Origin: the human T2T-CHM13v2.0 reference genome, Homo sapiens
Length of the DNA stretch: 64,000 nucleotides
Direction: 5' to 3' (one strand)
Assembly: GCF_009914755.1 (NCBI RefSeq)
Contig: NC_060939.1
A program made the translations under genes and the position numbers. Under the pieces are notes generated by a model. It saw only the letters and a program-made list of their open reading frames with translations, made no database searches and had not been told where the DNA came from. Below are positions 39,271 to 54,412 of this stretch, in pieces (positions within the stretch are counted from its first letter, which is position 1; each line of letters opens with the position of its first letter).

Positions 39271-39551
39271 TGAGTAGACAGGTGTCCTCTTGGCATGATA
39301 GGTCTTAAGTCCCCTCCCAGATCTGTGACATTTGACAGGTGTCTTTTCCTCTGGACCTCGGTGTCCCCATCTGAGTGAGAAAAGGCAGTGGGGAGGTGGA
39401 TCTTCCAGTCGAAGCGGTATAGAAGCCCGTGTGAAAAGCCATACTCCAAGGGGCTCCAAGTCCAGCGCACAGTCCCAGAAGGGCCCAGCAAGGCAGCCAG
39501 GGCGGCACAGGCACCAGGTCCCAACCTTCTTCCCTGTTTGCCCACTCTCAG

Positions 39552-39787
39552 ACCCCGGAGTTCATCATCTCGGAGCCGCTGGCCAATATGTACTCATGTG
39601 GGAACCAGAACACACTGATGGAGGAGTTGGCAGAGCAGGCACAGCAGCACGACGAGATGCTGCACATGCACCACGCGCTGAAGGAGGCGCTCAGCATCAT
39701 CGGTGACATCAACAGGACCACTGTTACCATGCCCCCGCCCGTGGACGACACCTGGTTGCAGGTGCAGAGCATCCCTGACGCACACAG
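39552..39787 (+). pseudogene. DNM1P: DNM1 pseudogene exon (GED C-terminal part)
   Basis: [54 protein letters not shown]...[13 protein letters not shown], with AG/GT boundaries. Confidence 0.96.
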
Positions 39788-39930
39788 GTACCAGAGACTG
39801 CCCCCCACGGCCCCAAAATCCCCCACCCGGGATGCCCAGAGGAGTGCCCTGGGGACAAGTGGCACACCCCCTCACCGGGGTGGCTCCCACCTGGAGTGAC
39901 GGGGGGAGCTTGACAAGGAGCACTGGCTGC

Positions 39931-39959
39931 GGGGGGGGGGGGGGGGGGGGGGGGGGGGG
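39931..39959 (+). repeat. Uninterrupted G29 homopolymer
   Basis: Directly visible. Confidence 0.95.
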
Positions 39960-40101
39960 TGGGATGTTCTCGCTGCTGGGGGCGGGGCTTAAGCTCCGGC
40001 AACCGCCTTGGGGTGTGGCAGGGAGGAGCTTCAGTGCATGGGTGTGGCCGGCACTGCGCTGGGGCGGGGCCGCCCATCTCTCCCCTCCCTGTGCCTCCCA
40101 G

Positions 40102-40323
40102 GTCGCCCAAGTCCAGCGCCAGGATGCCCAGGCCCTGCCATGTCCCTAGCCCGGCCTGGGCGGCAGGGCCCAGCTCCTGGGCGGCAGGACCCAGCTCCTG
40201 GGCTTCCTCCTGCTGGGTCCGCCCTTGGGGAAGTGTGCCCCATACCCTCCAGGCCAGAGGCTTCCCCTGATCCCTTTGGGCCCTACCCCCCTGGTGCTCT
40301 TGTGCCCCAGCCGGGGTCCCCAG
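40102..40323 (+). pseudogene. DNM1P: DNM1 pseudogene proline-rich-domain exon
   Basis: [11 protein letters not shown]...[26 protein letters not shown] versus DNM1 [38 protein letters not shown]; ends cag|gtaagt. Confidence 0.93.
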
Positions 40324-41368
40324 GTAAGTAGGGGCTGAATGCAGCCAAAGAGGCCGCTGGACAGGCGTGGCCAGGAAGGAAATGGGACTGGATTCCAGAG
40401 CACCACATCTGGCCGCCAGAACTGGCCGTCTCCATCCAAGGCACTGGGACCATGGGTGCCGGAGCCACGTGTGGCCGAGGGCTGGCAGAGCCTGCCCCCC
40501 AGGGATCACTGAGTCCTGGAGGTGGTCGTTTTTGAGGAGGGGGCTGTGGGGCTCGTCCCACCTGCCGCCTTCTGTCCAGCACTTGCATGACACTTCCCTC
40601 TATTTTCACTCTTGGCGGCTGCCCACACTTTGCATTTCTCTTCCTTTCTTCTCGCTGTCCTCCATCCTCCATTCCGTCCAACTCCTAGCCCAGTCCCGGG
40701 GGCGCCTACTTCAGGTCTGAGAGTCTGAACTCCGAGATGCTCTGGGTGTGTGGATTTCCTTCAGCTACCCTGATGTCCCCACTTCCAAGTCCTGACTCCT
40801 TTGAGCCATCCCAGGGGGTGTCCGGCCACTGGACCACAGGAGCAGAGGCGAGTCTGTGACTGTGTGACCAGCAAGGTGTGTGATGTGTGCGTGAGCGAGC
40901 ACACGAGTGTAAAGAATGGCACCCAGACCTGAGCTAGGACAGAGGGAGCCTGGGGGCCACAGGCAAGCTCATTTCTTCTCCACACCCCTCCCCGCCCGAC
41001 CCTGTCTAAACTAATGGGGTAGTGGTAGCCGCAAGGGCAGGGATGGGAGTGGCTGAAGCCTACTTCACTCCCAAAGATTTCTAAGGAAAATGGTTCTACT
41101 GCATCCTTTGGCTGGGCCTTGTTGACCCGTGACCCTCTTTCAAGAACATTCACTCTGATTTCCAGTGTGCCGTCTCCACTGGCCACGTTCTCTAAGGAAG
41201 AACAATAGCATCTGTTTTTGTTTCCAAATGGCTGGAGAGTGGGGCTGTGGGACCAGCGCCCATATATAAAAATGAAGCAGGGATTGGGGCTTGCCCTGTG
41301 ATGTGCTGTTGACCAAGTTAGAGGGGTATAGGCAAGCAGCAAAGTATTGGGCAAGATCACTGGACTGG

Positions 41369-43855
41369 GAGTCCAGAGATGCTGCTTCACCCTGGGGCTT
41401 TAGGCAAGTCCCTTTCCCTCCCAGAGCCTCAGCATCCCTTTTAGCAAATTATGACATTCTGCCTTTCTCCTAGAATGGCTGTGGGGATCAAGGGAGACAG
41501 TGGCCATAGGGATGCTATGTTAACCGTAGATGCGTCTGTAGGAGCACTTTCCTAACTGCCAACGTGAGTTCAGACTCTTCAGGCTATTTGGCACCCAGGT
41601 CTATGGTGAGGTGTGACATATGGGATGTAAAGTTTGATGCCTGCTCTGACTCCAGTCTTGCTAACACACACACGAAACCTTTGGCAAATCATGACCCTGC
41701 CTTGGGGAAAAGGGCAGTCTGGGAGAGCTTCTTCAAGGCAGCCTGGCTTCAATGCAGTCCGGGGCATGACGGAGATAGGCATACGTTGTGAGGAACTGGA
41801 GGGTAACTGGGTAAAGAGCTGCAGTGTGGGCAGAGGTGTAGTGTGGGTCACAATGAGGATAGCCACTGGCCAAAGCAGGGAACAGAGACAGAATGAAGAG
41901 CTCTGTGGGGAGGGTGGGGCACAGGGTGGAGAACCTTCAAAGTCCAAAGAGTATGACTTGTTGGGATTCAATGCTGTAGGCAGTAGGGAGCCATGGAAGG
42001 CTCTTAGGTGGAGAAATGACAGCCGGACATTAGTGAGCAAGCCCTGTCTCCCTGAGCAGCATGGGTGGTCCTCTGAGCACGCCAGGCACGAGTGTGCAGG
42101 GAGCTGGTGCAAATGCCTCTGTGTGCGGGTGAGCATCTGTGTTGTGACTCTGCCCACGCATGTGCTTCAGCGTGCCGAGTGGCTGCACGCCCCAGATCCA
42201 TGCGGCACGTGCCGGCCGGTGAGGGTGCTGGGCACCGGGAGGTGGCGGAGAGGGCGACGTATGCGTGTTGTTTGTGGGCATGTGTTAGAGTGTGCATGCG
42301 GGCCGTGGGGCCTCACAGCATGTGTGTGCACAATCTGGCGTGTGCGTGTGTCCGCCACCCCCAGGCCTGCCCCACCCATGCATGGGACCTGCCATGTGAT
42401 TTGATGCTGTCTTTCAGAATCACTATCAGTGGCCCCTGAGGAGCATCAGCCATGGTAGGTACATGCCTCACTGCCTGCTGCATGAATGGTCTGCCTGCCC
42501 CGCTGCCCCAGCTCCACACAGGGGGCATACCTGGAGCCTCAGAGCCAGGCTGCCTGCCCCTCCCTTCTAGAGCTGCAGACTTGCTCTTTCCTCTTTCTGT
42601 CCTTGTGCTGCTGGCTGTCTCACTTCCCTCCCTGCCAGCCACAGGACTCAGTGCCACTGCTCAAGGTCTCCATGGCTGAGCCTGGGGGCTCTTACAACAG
42701 GCTCCATGCCCAAGGTGGCAGATGTGGAACCATCAGAGAGGGCACAGAGCTCATGGTTTATGGTGTAGGGGCTGGGAGCTTGGAGGGGGTTGTGTGGGGG
42801 GCTGGACTCAGGCGGCCAGAGGCCTGGGCACATCATCCTGGGCACGCCGTACCTGTCATGCAGTCTGAGCCATGCTGCCAGGGCAGGTATCCAGCTCCCA
42901 GCCTGGGAGTGCCGAGAGCCAAATCCACTGCAGATTAGGGGTGATAGTCAGGGTCCCACCTCCTCTATCTGTCAGCAATCCAGTGGTGATCTAGGATAAA
43001 AGCCTGAGAGTCCAATACACACGGTTATCCCACAACACACTTCATAGGCCATGCAAGGACACACAGCCCCCTTCCCTCCTTCCCAGGTACCATCACAGCT
43101 GCTAGCGTGTGACTGAAGGCTGGGTCCCTGGCCAGCGCTACTGAAGCACTACTGCCAGCCAGCAGACTCACGGACCTTGGCCTGTTGCTCCTAGGGGTCA
43201 CCTGTGCTATTCAGCCAAGGAGACCACAGTGCTTGCTGGCCCAGCTGAGCTCCGCCTAGCGAGCCCACCTGCCTTTCCTGCCACGGAGTCTCCCTCTTCT
43301 GCTTTTCCCAGCAGGAAGGGCCCAGCCTCACCTATGCAACCTGCAGCCCCCCGCCAACCAGTTGAGGCTCCCCTCTTAGACTTATAAGTCTACGGGCAGT
43401 GGCATCTAGCTACCTGCCCTCCCTGCCTTCCCCAGGGTCCCTTCAGTGGACCCTGGGCTTTCTGACTGCCCAGAGAGGGGCCTCTGGCGCTCACTCCAGC
43501 CCGCCATCCCTTATAGCTTCACCATTTTGGTTCAAGCAGTGTTCCTTCTGTCAGGCTTGGTGGCTGTTGGGTGGGGCTCCCCAAGCAAGAGGTGGCCCTG
43601 GGCCAGTGGGTTGGAAGATGGGGTGACCACAGAAGAGGGAAGCCGGGGGGGTTGAGCATTGGTCTGAACTGTGGGTGGACTGCCTGGGTGCCATGAGAGA
43701 GGCCAGTGTGTGTGGGGTGGGGAGGGCTGCCACAGCCCCCAGGCACTACCTATGAAGCTCTAGCTTCTCCCTCCATCTTCCTCCCCTTTCCCTTCCAGCC
43801 CCTCTTTTCCAGGAACCTTGCCACGCCCACACCTACGCCTTCCCCTTCCCGGCTC
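41369..43855 (+). repeat. DNM1P: Inverted duplicate of DNM1P intron (pairs with 8660-11144)
   Basis: Reverse-complement identity with 8660-11144. Confidence 0.97.
42418..42454 (+). pseudogene. DNM1P: DNM1 alternative 37-nt exon (RITISDP tail), second copy
   Basis: ctttcag|AATCACTATCAGTGGCCCCTGAGGAGCATCAGCCATG|gtaggt. Confidence 0.88.
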
Positions 43856-45308
43856 TCAGATGATGGTGGTGTTTATCTCCCTGTTCTCGGGAGCCCAAAA
43901 AGAATGGCATGCAGGGGTTGCTGCCCATGCCTGGGTGCTCCTGGGGAGTCCTGCATTACAGGAAGCAGCTGCTGGATCTGCTGTGCAGTGGGGTTGTCGT
44001 GGGGAGAACCCTCCCTGTCCTCTCCTGGTGCAGCCTCCACGCTATCAGTGAGGCTCACCTCACAAAGATCTTCAGAGAGAGGGAGGGGGGTGGGAATCTG
44101 AGCACAGTGCGAGCCTCCCCTGCTCCTGCCTGCCCACCCCACCTGAGGGCTCTACTCACCACCCTGCTCGTCAGCACACCCAAGCTCCTGGGCTACTGGG
44201 GCTCCTAGAGTGGGCTCATCAGCAGGGTTCTGGGCAATGGTCAAAATTTGCCATGCCCCTCCTTGTGGTCGCCCACAAGCTGCAACACCTGCCCCGCAGC
44301 TCCTGCAGGTTCACCTGGAGGAAGGGGTGTTAGCTGCCATGCCGGTGCCGGCACGCACGTTCACCCCCACCCCCACCCCCACCCCCACCCCCACCGAGAT
44401 GTTGCACACCCTACCTTCATCTCCTCCTGGTCCTGGGCCAGCCTGACGATGTCCTCCTCTCCCAGTGCTGCGTCTCTGACACTGCCCCCTGGCTGATGTA
44501 CTTTCCTGCAGGAGGACATGGCTCAGATGCTGGGGCCCCTCGGATGGCCTGGCAGCTCCCCCCAGCGGTGCCCTAGCCTCTCGCTCACTATGGTGTCTGT
44601 CTGTCCTGAGAGGTGGATGAATTGAAGCTCTAGTTTCTCTACCCGCTCCTTCAGGTCCACCTTCTCCTTCCATAAAGTCGCTGTGGAGCCAAAATAATGG
44701 GGTCACATGTCAGGAGTCACCTGCCTTGTCCTGCCCCCCCGCCCCCCTTGTTGGCCCATGCCAGGACCTACTCACCTGCAGCTTCTCCATGGCCCCCTGC
44801 AGGGCCCGGTGGGTCTCCCCAAACACAGACTCACCCCCACTCTCTGGGGCTGGGGCCGCTACCTCTGGCTTCTTCTGGGACGAGGCCACTGGGTGAGCCA
44901 GGGGCTGGCAGCACACCCTTTGTTCCTCCTGGGCACTGGCTCCAGCGGAGTTGAAAAATGCCACCTGAAGACAAGAGGTGAGTATTCTTGTAGGGGTATA
45001 CACATAACAACTGGGGCAGGCAGATGGAGCATAGCCCCTTCCTTTCGGGCCTCACAGAGTGCACCTGTTGGTCACAGGTGAAATGGTGTCTGACCACTGG
45101 CTCCCAGGAGGAGTGAAAGTCCACAGAAGTCAGAAGGCGGGGAAACCAAGAACATAAGGGGGTTTCGGAGGGACCACAGAGGAAGGTGGCAAAGTAGGGG
45201 CAGGGAAAGTCAGGCTCACCATGGCCTCCCGGCTCTCCAGGTCCCCTGGGATGTTCGGCATGGGCCGAGGCGCCTCCTGCTCACTGTCCAGATGTCCTCC
45301 TCCATCTC
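43856..45308 (-). pseudogene. GOLGA2P: GOLGA2/GOLGA6-like pseudogene, last six exons
   Basis: Exons are 45220-45308 ([17 protein letters not shown]), 44776-44964 (VAFFNSAGASA...GETHRALQGAMEKLQ), 44589-44680 (KVDLKERVEKLELQFIHLSGQTDTI), 44415-44505 (RLAQDQEEMK), 44160-44314 (AQNPADEPTLGAP) and 43856-44069 (DLCEVSL...GSPHDNPTAQQI...INTTII*). Frameshifts are present. Confidence 0.94.
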
Positions 45309-45449
45309 CTGTGGGGGGTGGCCAGAGGGGTCCTCAGACAACCCAACAAGGGAGGTACAGTGGGCCCGCCTCTGCCCCCACACTCACTGTGTAACCTTGA
45401 GCCAGCCCCTCCCCAGAGGGGAATGAGCTGTTCTTTATTTTGAATTTTA

Positions 45450-45632
45450 AGAACCAAGATCTTGCTATATTGCCCAGGCACAGTCCCACTACCGATTGGC
45501 GCAGGAATTCTGACCTGCTCCCCTTCTGACCTGAGCCAGTTCTCCCATCCTTAGGCAACCCGATGGCCCCCTGTTCCCAGGAGGTCACCATACTGATACT
45601 GAACTTAGTGCGGACACCTTGTCGGCATAATG
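45450..45632 (-). pseudogene. RN7SL: 7SL (SRP RNA) pseudogene fragment
   Basis: Reverse strand reads GTGTCCGCACTAAGTTCAGTATCAGTATGGTGACCTCCTGGGA...GGTTGCCTAAGGA...GGAGCAGGTCAGAATTCC, the 7SL S-domain. Confidence 0.88.
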
Positions 45633-45639
45633 ACCGACA

Positions 45640-45770
45640 CAAAATGCTTAAAAGGTAACCTGACTCTTTGTTCAGGGCTCAGTCCTTTAGATGTTAATCT
45701 GACTGGGCCAGTGCACCTAATAATATATATCCTCCTCAGTCTCTCTGATTCCTAAATTATGCTGCTGTAC
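45640..45770 (+). mobile_element. Possible ERV1 LTR 3' fragment
   Basis: GGGCTCAGTCCTTTAGATGTTAATCTGACTGGGCCAGTGCACCTAATAAT resembles an R/U5 region; family unresolved. Confidence 0.4.
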
Positions 45771-45825
45771 GGGGAGAGAGGCAGCAGGGTAGTGGAGTCA
45801 TACCAAGCAACAAGACAGGGTAGTG

Positions 45826-46110
<285 letters not shown>

Positions 46111-47684
46111 AGACAGACAGACAGGCTAGTACGTTTTCCACAAATTTCAATTTTACTCTCTTCCCCCACCACACACACACACACAAAGCATTTGAGGGAT
46201 GGGAGGAAGAAACTGAGATCACAGGAAAAATTGTAAGAGACATTCAGAAGGACAGGTCTTAGAAATTTACTAGTTTTGGGGGGAGGTCAGAACAGGTGTA
46301 TATAAAAGAATATTAAGACAGTTCCCAGGTTTAGGCATATGTGACTAGATAGAGTGCTAGGAGATGGATACGTGAAAATTTAAATATCATCATTTTGAAC
46401 ACCCATGTCACTCCAAGTGAGATTCCCTAAATATATGATATACAGACAGATATATGGGTTTGAAACTCTGGAGATGAATACAAATTTAGGAGTCCCTGGA
46501 ACACAGGTCATGACTTAAGTAATGGGAGTCAAAGATTACTCAGAGAAAGCACAGAATGAGAAGAGAAGAAGTAGGACAAGGAAGAAGAGATCGGAGGAGA
46601 CCAAGAAAGGGTGATAAGATCAAAACAGGAGAAAAGAATCCGACAGAAGTCTCATTTGATTATCATGTCCCTTCCCAGAGGACAGGGACATGTCTTTTTT
46701 GTCTTTTATACCCAATTATCACAGGTCCTGGTGCAGCAGACACACAGTTTTTTTTTTTTTAATTGTGTTGTACTATTCACAGTTTCCTGTATTCACCAGG
46801 GGAGAAAAAAGTAAGTATAAAGAAGCACAGACACAGATGTTTTTACACTGTGTACTAAAGGGGTCAGATTATACACAATATTTTATGCCTTACTTTTTTA
46901 CTTAATATATCTTAGAAGTTTGCACGTGCTCTTATGGAAAGACTGGCTGCATTTTTTGGTCCACAACAGAACAACAGAATATTCTATTATAAAACGGTAC
47001 ACTATAATTTTTATTTAACCAACTCTTTATTGGTGGACATTAAGAATGGAGGAATGTTTCAACAAAGGAACAATCAACAGTATCAAAATACTGCAGAGGG
47101 GTCAATTTGGGGACTAAGAGGGGAGCCACTGGATTTGACAACTAGGAGATAAATTTTAGTGCAACGATGAAGGCAGAATCCAGAGTATAATGAGCTCAGT
47201 GAAAAAAGGTGAAGACATGTAGCTTATTCTCTCAAGAAACTAGGCTATGATAAACTGGCAGAGGCTCTAAGAGTGGGAGGTGAGTTGTTTTCTCCTTCAT
47301 GTAAATATATTTACCTTTTAAACACTAGGCCCAATTTTATATCCTATTTCATTTAACTTTATGAACATATTTATGTATGTATGCATGTATGTATGTATCT
47401 CATGTGATGTTTTAGACACTGAAAAATAACTCATTTCTATTATAAAACTGATATCTTTAGATGTTCAGAAGCAACTTCCTAAAAGGAGGTAGCAGTAATG
47501 GAGCTATGTCTATCATTCTTTCCCATCAACCCCCTTGATGGAGATGTAAACATGTGTCCATCAAGCCTTTAATTTTTACCTCTTATCTTCATGGCTCTCC
47601 ATACAAAACTTAACTCTTTTTTTTTTCTATTTGTATACGTATATTTATATGTATATCTATATCGAGAGAGAGAGAGAGAGAAAG

Positions 47685-47793
47685 AGTCTTGCTGTGTTGC
47701 CCAGGCTGATCTCAAACTCCTGGGCTCAAGCAATCCTCCCACCTTGGCCTCGCAAAGTGCTGGGATTACAGGCGTGAACCACTGTGCCCAGCC
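47685..47793 (-). mobile_element. FLAM/Alu monomer
   Basis: Single antisense arm. Confidence 0.85.
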
Positions 47794-48280
47794 TCAGCCT
47801 TAACTCTTAAAATATCTTCAAACCAATATTCTTCTGTTCTAATTTTTAAGAATAGATGTGTTTAAACCAACTAACTTATTTTGACAAAAATTGGAGTTAA
47901 GACTCAGACTTCCTCAAATAGTTCTCCTAAAACCATTTACAGAATAATCTATCTTTTCAGTATTAAGTTAAAATACCACCTTTTCCTTATACTAAATTCT
48001 CGTTTGCATGACTCTGGTTCTAAACTTCCATTGCCTTTATCTGTCTGGCCCAGGGATAGTCCACAATATTTTATTTACTATCTGGTTGAAAGAGTCTACA
48101 CTTTATTACTTTTTATTACTTATTCTTCTAAACAAATTTTAGAGTCGTTTTGTCAAGTGTCAAAAATAAATCTGCCAGAATTTGTACTGAAATTTGTGTG
48201 TGTGTATATATATAATACACACACACTATATATAAAATATAAAATGTATATATACAATTTATATATATAAATATTTATAA

Positions 48281-48589
<309 letters not shown>

Positions 48590-48930
48590 TGATAACTAAC
48601 ATATTTATAACATGAAATCTGCTCATCCAGGAACATAGAATGCAAATCTTTCATTCCACTCAGCAAAATTTTGTCCTGTCCTTGATAAAAGTCCTGCACA
48701 TCTAAGTTTATTCCTAGGTATTTAATTTTTGCTGAAATACCTGAAAAAATACTTCATCACTATATCTTCTACGTGATTATAGCTAACACTGGGGAAGGCT
48801 ATTGATTTTTATATAAAAGAACTTTTAACCAGTAATCTTAAAAATTGTTTTTCTCAGTTGGTTCCTTTGGATATTTTTAGGTAAACAATCATGTCAACTG
48901 AAAATAATGATAAATTTTCTATAAAGACTA

Positions 48931-49338
<408 letters not shown>

Positions 49339-49601
49339 TTATGTATTTTAATAGCAAAGAAAAACTATATACTGGTAGAAAATGACCATCATGTCAACAG
49401 TCAATAGTGGTTATATTAGATAGAGAAATTATGGGAGACTTTAATTTTTTTCTTTTATCTTTTCTGTACTTTACCAATTTTCTCAACAATGGTTGCTTAT
49501 GAGTTTTAAAATTAAAAAAAGGTTTTAAAAATTTTTCCAACATGGAAAGTTATATTTCTTTATATACTAAAACAAAAACAAAACTTTCTATTTGAATACC
49601 T

Positions 49602-51068
49602 ATGGCAAAACCCTATCTCTACAAAAAATACAAAAAATTAGCAAGGTGGGGTAGTACACACCTGTAGTCCCAGCTACTCTGGAGGCTGAGGTGGGAGGAT
49701 CACCTGAGTCCCCAGAGAATGAGGCTCCAGTGAGCCGTGATCATAGCACTGCATTCCAGCCTGGGAGACAGAGAAAGACCCCATCTCAAAAAAAAAAAAA
49801 AGAAAGCAAGCAAAAAGAAATATCCATAATGATCTGAAATGCCTATCTGTATGAGACTGTCCTTTGTTCACATTTTTTCAAGCAAATATCACACAATAAA
49901 TTGAATGCAGGTACAAATGACATATCAAACATCAAAGAAATTTGCAAAGGACGTAAGACTGTACTACCTTGGGTTTAGAAATTTTCTTATCATAAAAGCA
50001 TTTATAACAATATTTTGTGAGCTTTTAAGGAATATTTTAAGTATTTCTGATTTAATTTCTAGTGATAAATACCAATAGATATAACCTACATACACAAAAG
50101 CTCCTTGGGCCCTCAATATACTTTTAAGAGTGTAAAGGAATCCTGACCCCAAAACTTTGAGAACTGCTGCCTTCCCCTCCACTTTATTCCTTCCCTAGAA
50201 TTTCTTCCTTGGAAGAAACATTCCTTTGCCATTCTATGTTAACTTACATAGTTCCATTGAGGCCAGTTTTGCTACCTCTCTCCCATCTTTCCACATCCCT
50301 CTCTTGACACAAAACCTGACCAAAGGACTCTACCGGCCCACCCCATTTCCAGTGATTAGCTGTCAGGTGGGCTAAGCCAAGAAAATCTGGGTTTTCCCTG
50401 ACACTAGACCTCTCTTTCTGGGAGATACGGAATCACAGGGACAAGGCTGGCCCTGTCAGAACTCATCTTGTCTAAATGGGAAGAGGTTAGGCAAGTTTCT
50501 AGAATGCCAGACTGCTTTCTAGAAAGTCAAAGATAATTATACTTTCTGCCACGACTGTGAAAATGCCCATTTCATTGCACGCTTTCTAACATTTATACCA
50601 ATCTGATAAATAAAAGCTGGTACCTAGAAGAAAAAAAGGCTGGGTATGGTGGCTCATGCCTGTAATCCCAGTACTTTGGGAGACCAAGGTGAGTGGATCA
50701 CCTGAGGTCAGGAGTTCGAGACAAGCCTGGCCAACATGATGAAACCCCATCTCTAGTAAAAACACAAACATTAGCCGGGCATGGTGGCAGGCCCCTGTAA
50801 TCCCAACTACTCGGGAGGCTGAGGCAAGAGAATCACTTGAACCTGGGAGGTGGAGGTTTTAGTGAGCCAAGATCATGCCATTGCCCTCCAGCCTGGGTGA
50901 CAAGGTGAGACTTTGTCTCAAAAAAAAAAAAAAAGTTTCCATACAATATAATTTGTTCCATCTCTAAAAACCAATTCAGCAATAACTGAAAGCCACCACT
51001 TGGAAGGTTTCAAGGATTTAGCTCTACCTGTTGATGATGTCCAAAGCATTAGTTAAGGTAGAAAAAAA

Positions 51069-51122
<54 letters not shown>

Positions 51123-52427
51123 CCCTATGTAGTCAGTACCAGGAAACACGAAAGACTAGATGGTACAGTCATCCAACACAAAGCACACAATAACTGAAGG
51201 CACTGTAGAGGAGTAACTTATGACACAGATCTACAATATTGAGTGAAAATGCAGATTACAAAAAAAAATCTGATTTTTTAAGGGAGAGGGAACACATACA
51301 AGCAAAGGAGAAAAGAGATGAGCAGATGACTGAAAGATACAAAATTCTGATAGTGGTACATTCTGAGTGGTAGAATTATCAGTATTATTTTCTAGTTTTG
51401 CCTAAAAATTTTCTAAATTTCTTAAGAACTTTTTGTTATCCATATTATCAAATATCCATCACCCCAGGAAACTTAACCTTGAGCACAAACTCTACAACAA
51501 GTTCAATGTTTGTTCAGTTTAATATTTAAGAGACAACCTATTTTGAAAGACATCTAAAATGATGACCAATATTTAAACCTATGCATTAATATTTTTCAAT
51601 CATATCCTTCACATTTTGTAATTTTGATAAGGTTAAGCTTTAGATCCATCTTGAAAAGATAAGTTTTCTGTTTGTCTTTAAAATATGACCCACAATATGC
51701 CTGTTTTTAAACAGTGAATGATGCTCTAAAATCACAATATAAATTCAGGCAGTGCTCCTTACATGGAAAGTTTAAGTACTTCTAACACTGCTCTTTTTCA
51801 CTTGTTATGAAAACACAGAACAATTATCTAAGCATCTAATTATTCAGGTCCTTTGTTTCTCCTCCAATCTATTAGTTTTATAGTAATTTTAGGGCCTGTG
51901 AGGATGAAGCTGTCTGTGACAGCTACCACAAAGGTTACTATAGGTGGACAAATTTCAAACAAGTTTATCACCACTACCATCCCCACCATAAAACTGTCTC
52001 AATCAAGGGCAACACAATTCAATATTAGCCAAGACAACCTCTTTACCTGTCACTGCTTAAGAAAAGGATTTTTGGTCTTATTTAGAAATAACTTTCTGTA
52101 CCTATTTTTCTCCATAAATCCACTGAGACCAATGTGTGGCTCTAGCTCAAGCACCAGCAAGCAAAACTGCCTGCTAGAAGGTTCAGTTTTTGTATCTTTC
52201 CAAATGTAGAACACAGCTATCTTCAAGGATTTCATAATTTTTTGAAAATTGATGCACAAACTTCTTGAAAGTTCAGAGACACAGCAGCTGTAATTCTTCT
52301 GAAGGCTGGTTATGGGACACATTACCTTCATACTTTGCTGTTTAAGAAATGTGGGGTGGAGAATCAAGTAAACTGATAGAATTTCCATATAAAATTCTAA
52401 GTGCTCTGAGAACAAAAGAAACTTAAA

Positions 52428-52461
<34 letters not shown>

Positions 52462-52846
52462 TTTTCCCTACTAATCATTTTACAACTAAACAACCAAGTT
52501 GCTAAACCAGAGCCCACAAAAGCAGAGTCAAAGTTCTAACACTTGGTAAAAGAAAAATGCACACATACCCCTGTGAGCTAAAAAAAAAATGCTTAAGTAT
52601 TCAAAGACAGCAATTACAGCTACTGAGAACATCACTGTAAGCAAACTGAGGCAGAGAAAACAAACGTGCTGATGAGGATTTGAACCACCTAAGCTGCAGA
52701 AACCCACTGGATGGTTTCCTAGGTTCCGAGTTGGCATTATCTTTCAGAACAATCTTCTAGAAGAGATCACACAACACTGTTACAAAGGATCTGGAGAAAG
52801 GGACCCTGGCTTCATCACTGTGGCTCTCCAGTCATGCTTTACATTT
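49602..52846 (-). repeat. Inverted paralogue of UBE2Q2 intron 1 (14654-18220), including Alus at 49602-49815 and 50638-50935
   Basis: Reverse-complement matches throughout. Confidence 0.95.
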
Positions 52847-53147
52847 GGCAGTGACTATCTCCATTCAACTCAATTCCCTAACCCTAAACTAGCTGACATT
52901 TATCAAATACTGCCCTTTACCAGGTCTAAGTAAGTTTAACTCCCCCCACCCCCACCAAAAAAAATTCAAGATACTAAGGGATATACTATTCACAAAAGGG
53001 AAACCTGTCTCCTCTTCATATACCTGTTCCTTTCAAGGAAGGGTATAAAAATGGGGATGAGGGAGGATAACCACTAGGAATTTGACCCTATATTATAAAT
53101 TGGTCAGATAAATGAAAATAATTCCTCTGGACTCAAAGTGATATGGC

Positions 53148-53855
<708 letters not shown>

Positions 53856-54412
53856 AAAGTACCACTGAGGTGCTTAATATGACATTTCTGATATTTCCCA
53901 ATGCTCCTCCACAAATTCAATTTGGAAAGGTAATCTGTTCCAGGAGGGCAAACCAAAGAAAAAGTCCTAGGCTCCTGAGTCAAGGCTTGTTTCTTTCCTT
54001 TGTACAAGCTGACTACTTTTTAATCATAGTAAAAATGAGAAAAATGCAAGATGAAGTTAACAGCATTGCTTTATTTCCCATGAAAAGCTGTTATAAAGCA
54101 TTCTCAAAATAAACTGTTATTCAGCCACAAATGACACCATCACTTTTTTATTCATAGGGCACAGTATCGCTGCCAAAGAGCTTTCCTCTATATGCTCTCT
54201 TGCAGGGCAAAAAATATTATCTATGTTATACAGAAACACAGTAAAAAAAGTGATTTACTTAAGGTCCTAACTACTAAATAAAAGCTAAACTACTCACTTC
54301 CTCCTAGATTCAGAGAGAGCTCCAACATTTTCTAAAATTTGGTATCTTGTTGTTGGGGTAGGCACTTTTTGGCAATAATGAATAGACATTTAATTAGCCA
54401 ATCAAAAAAACT

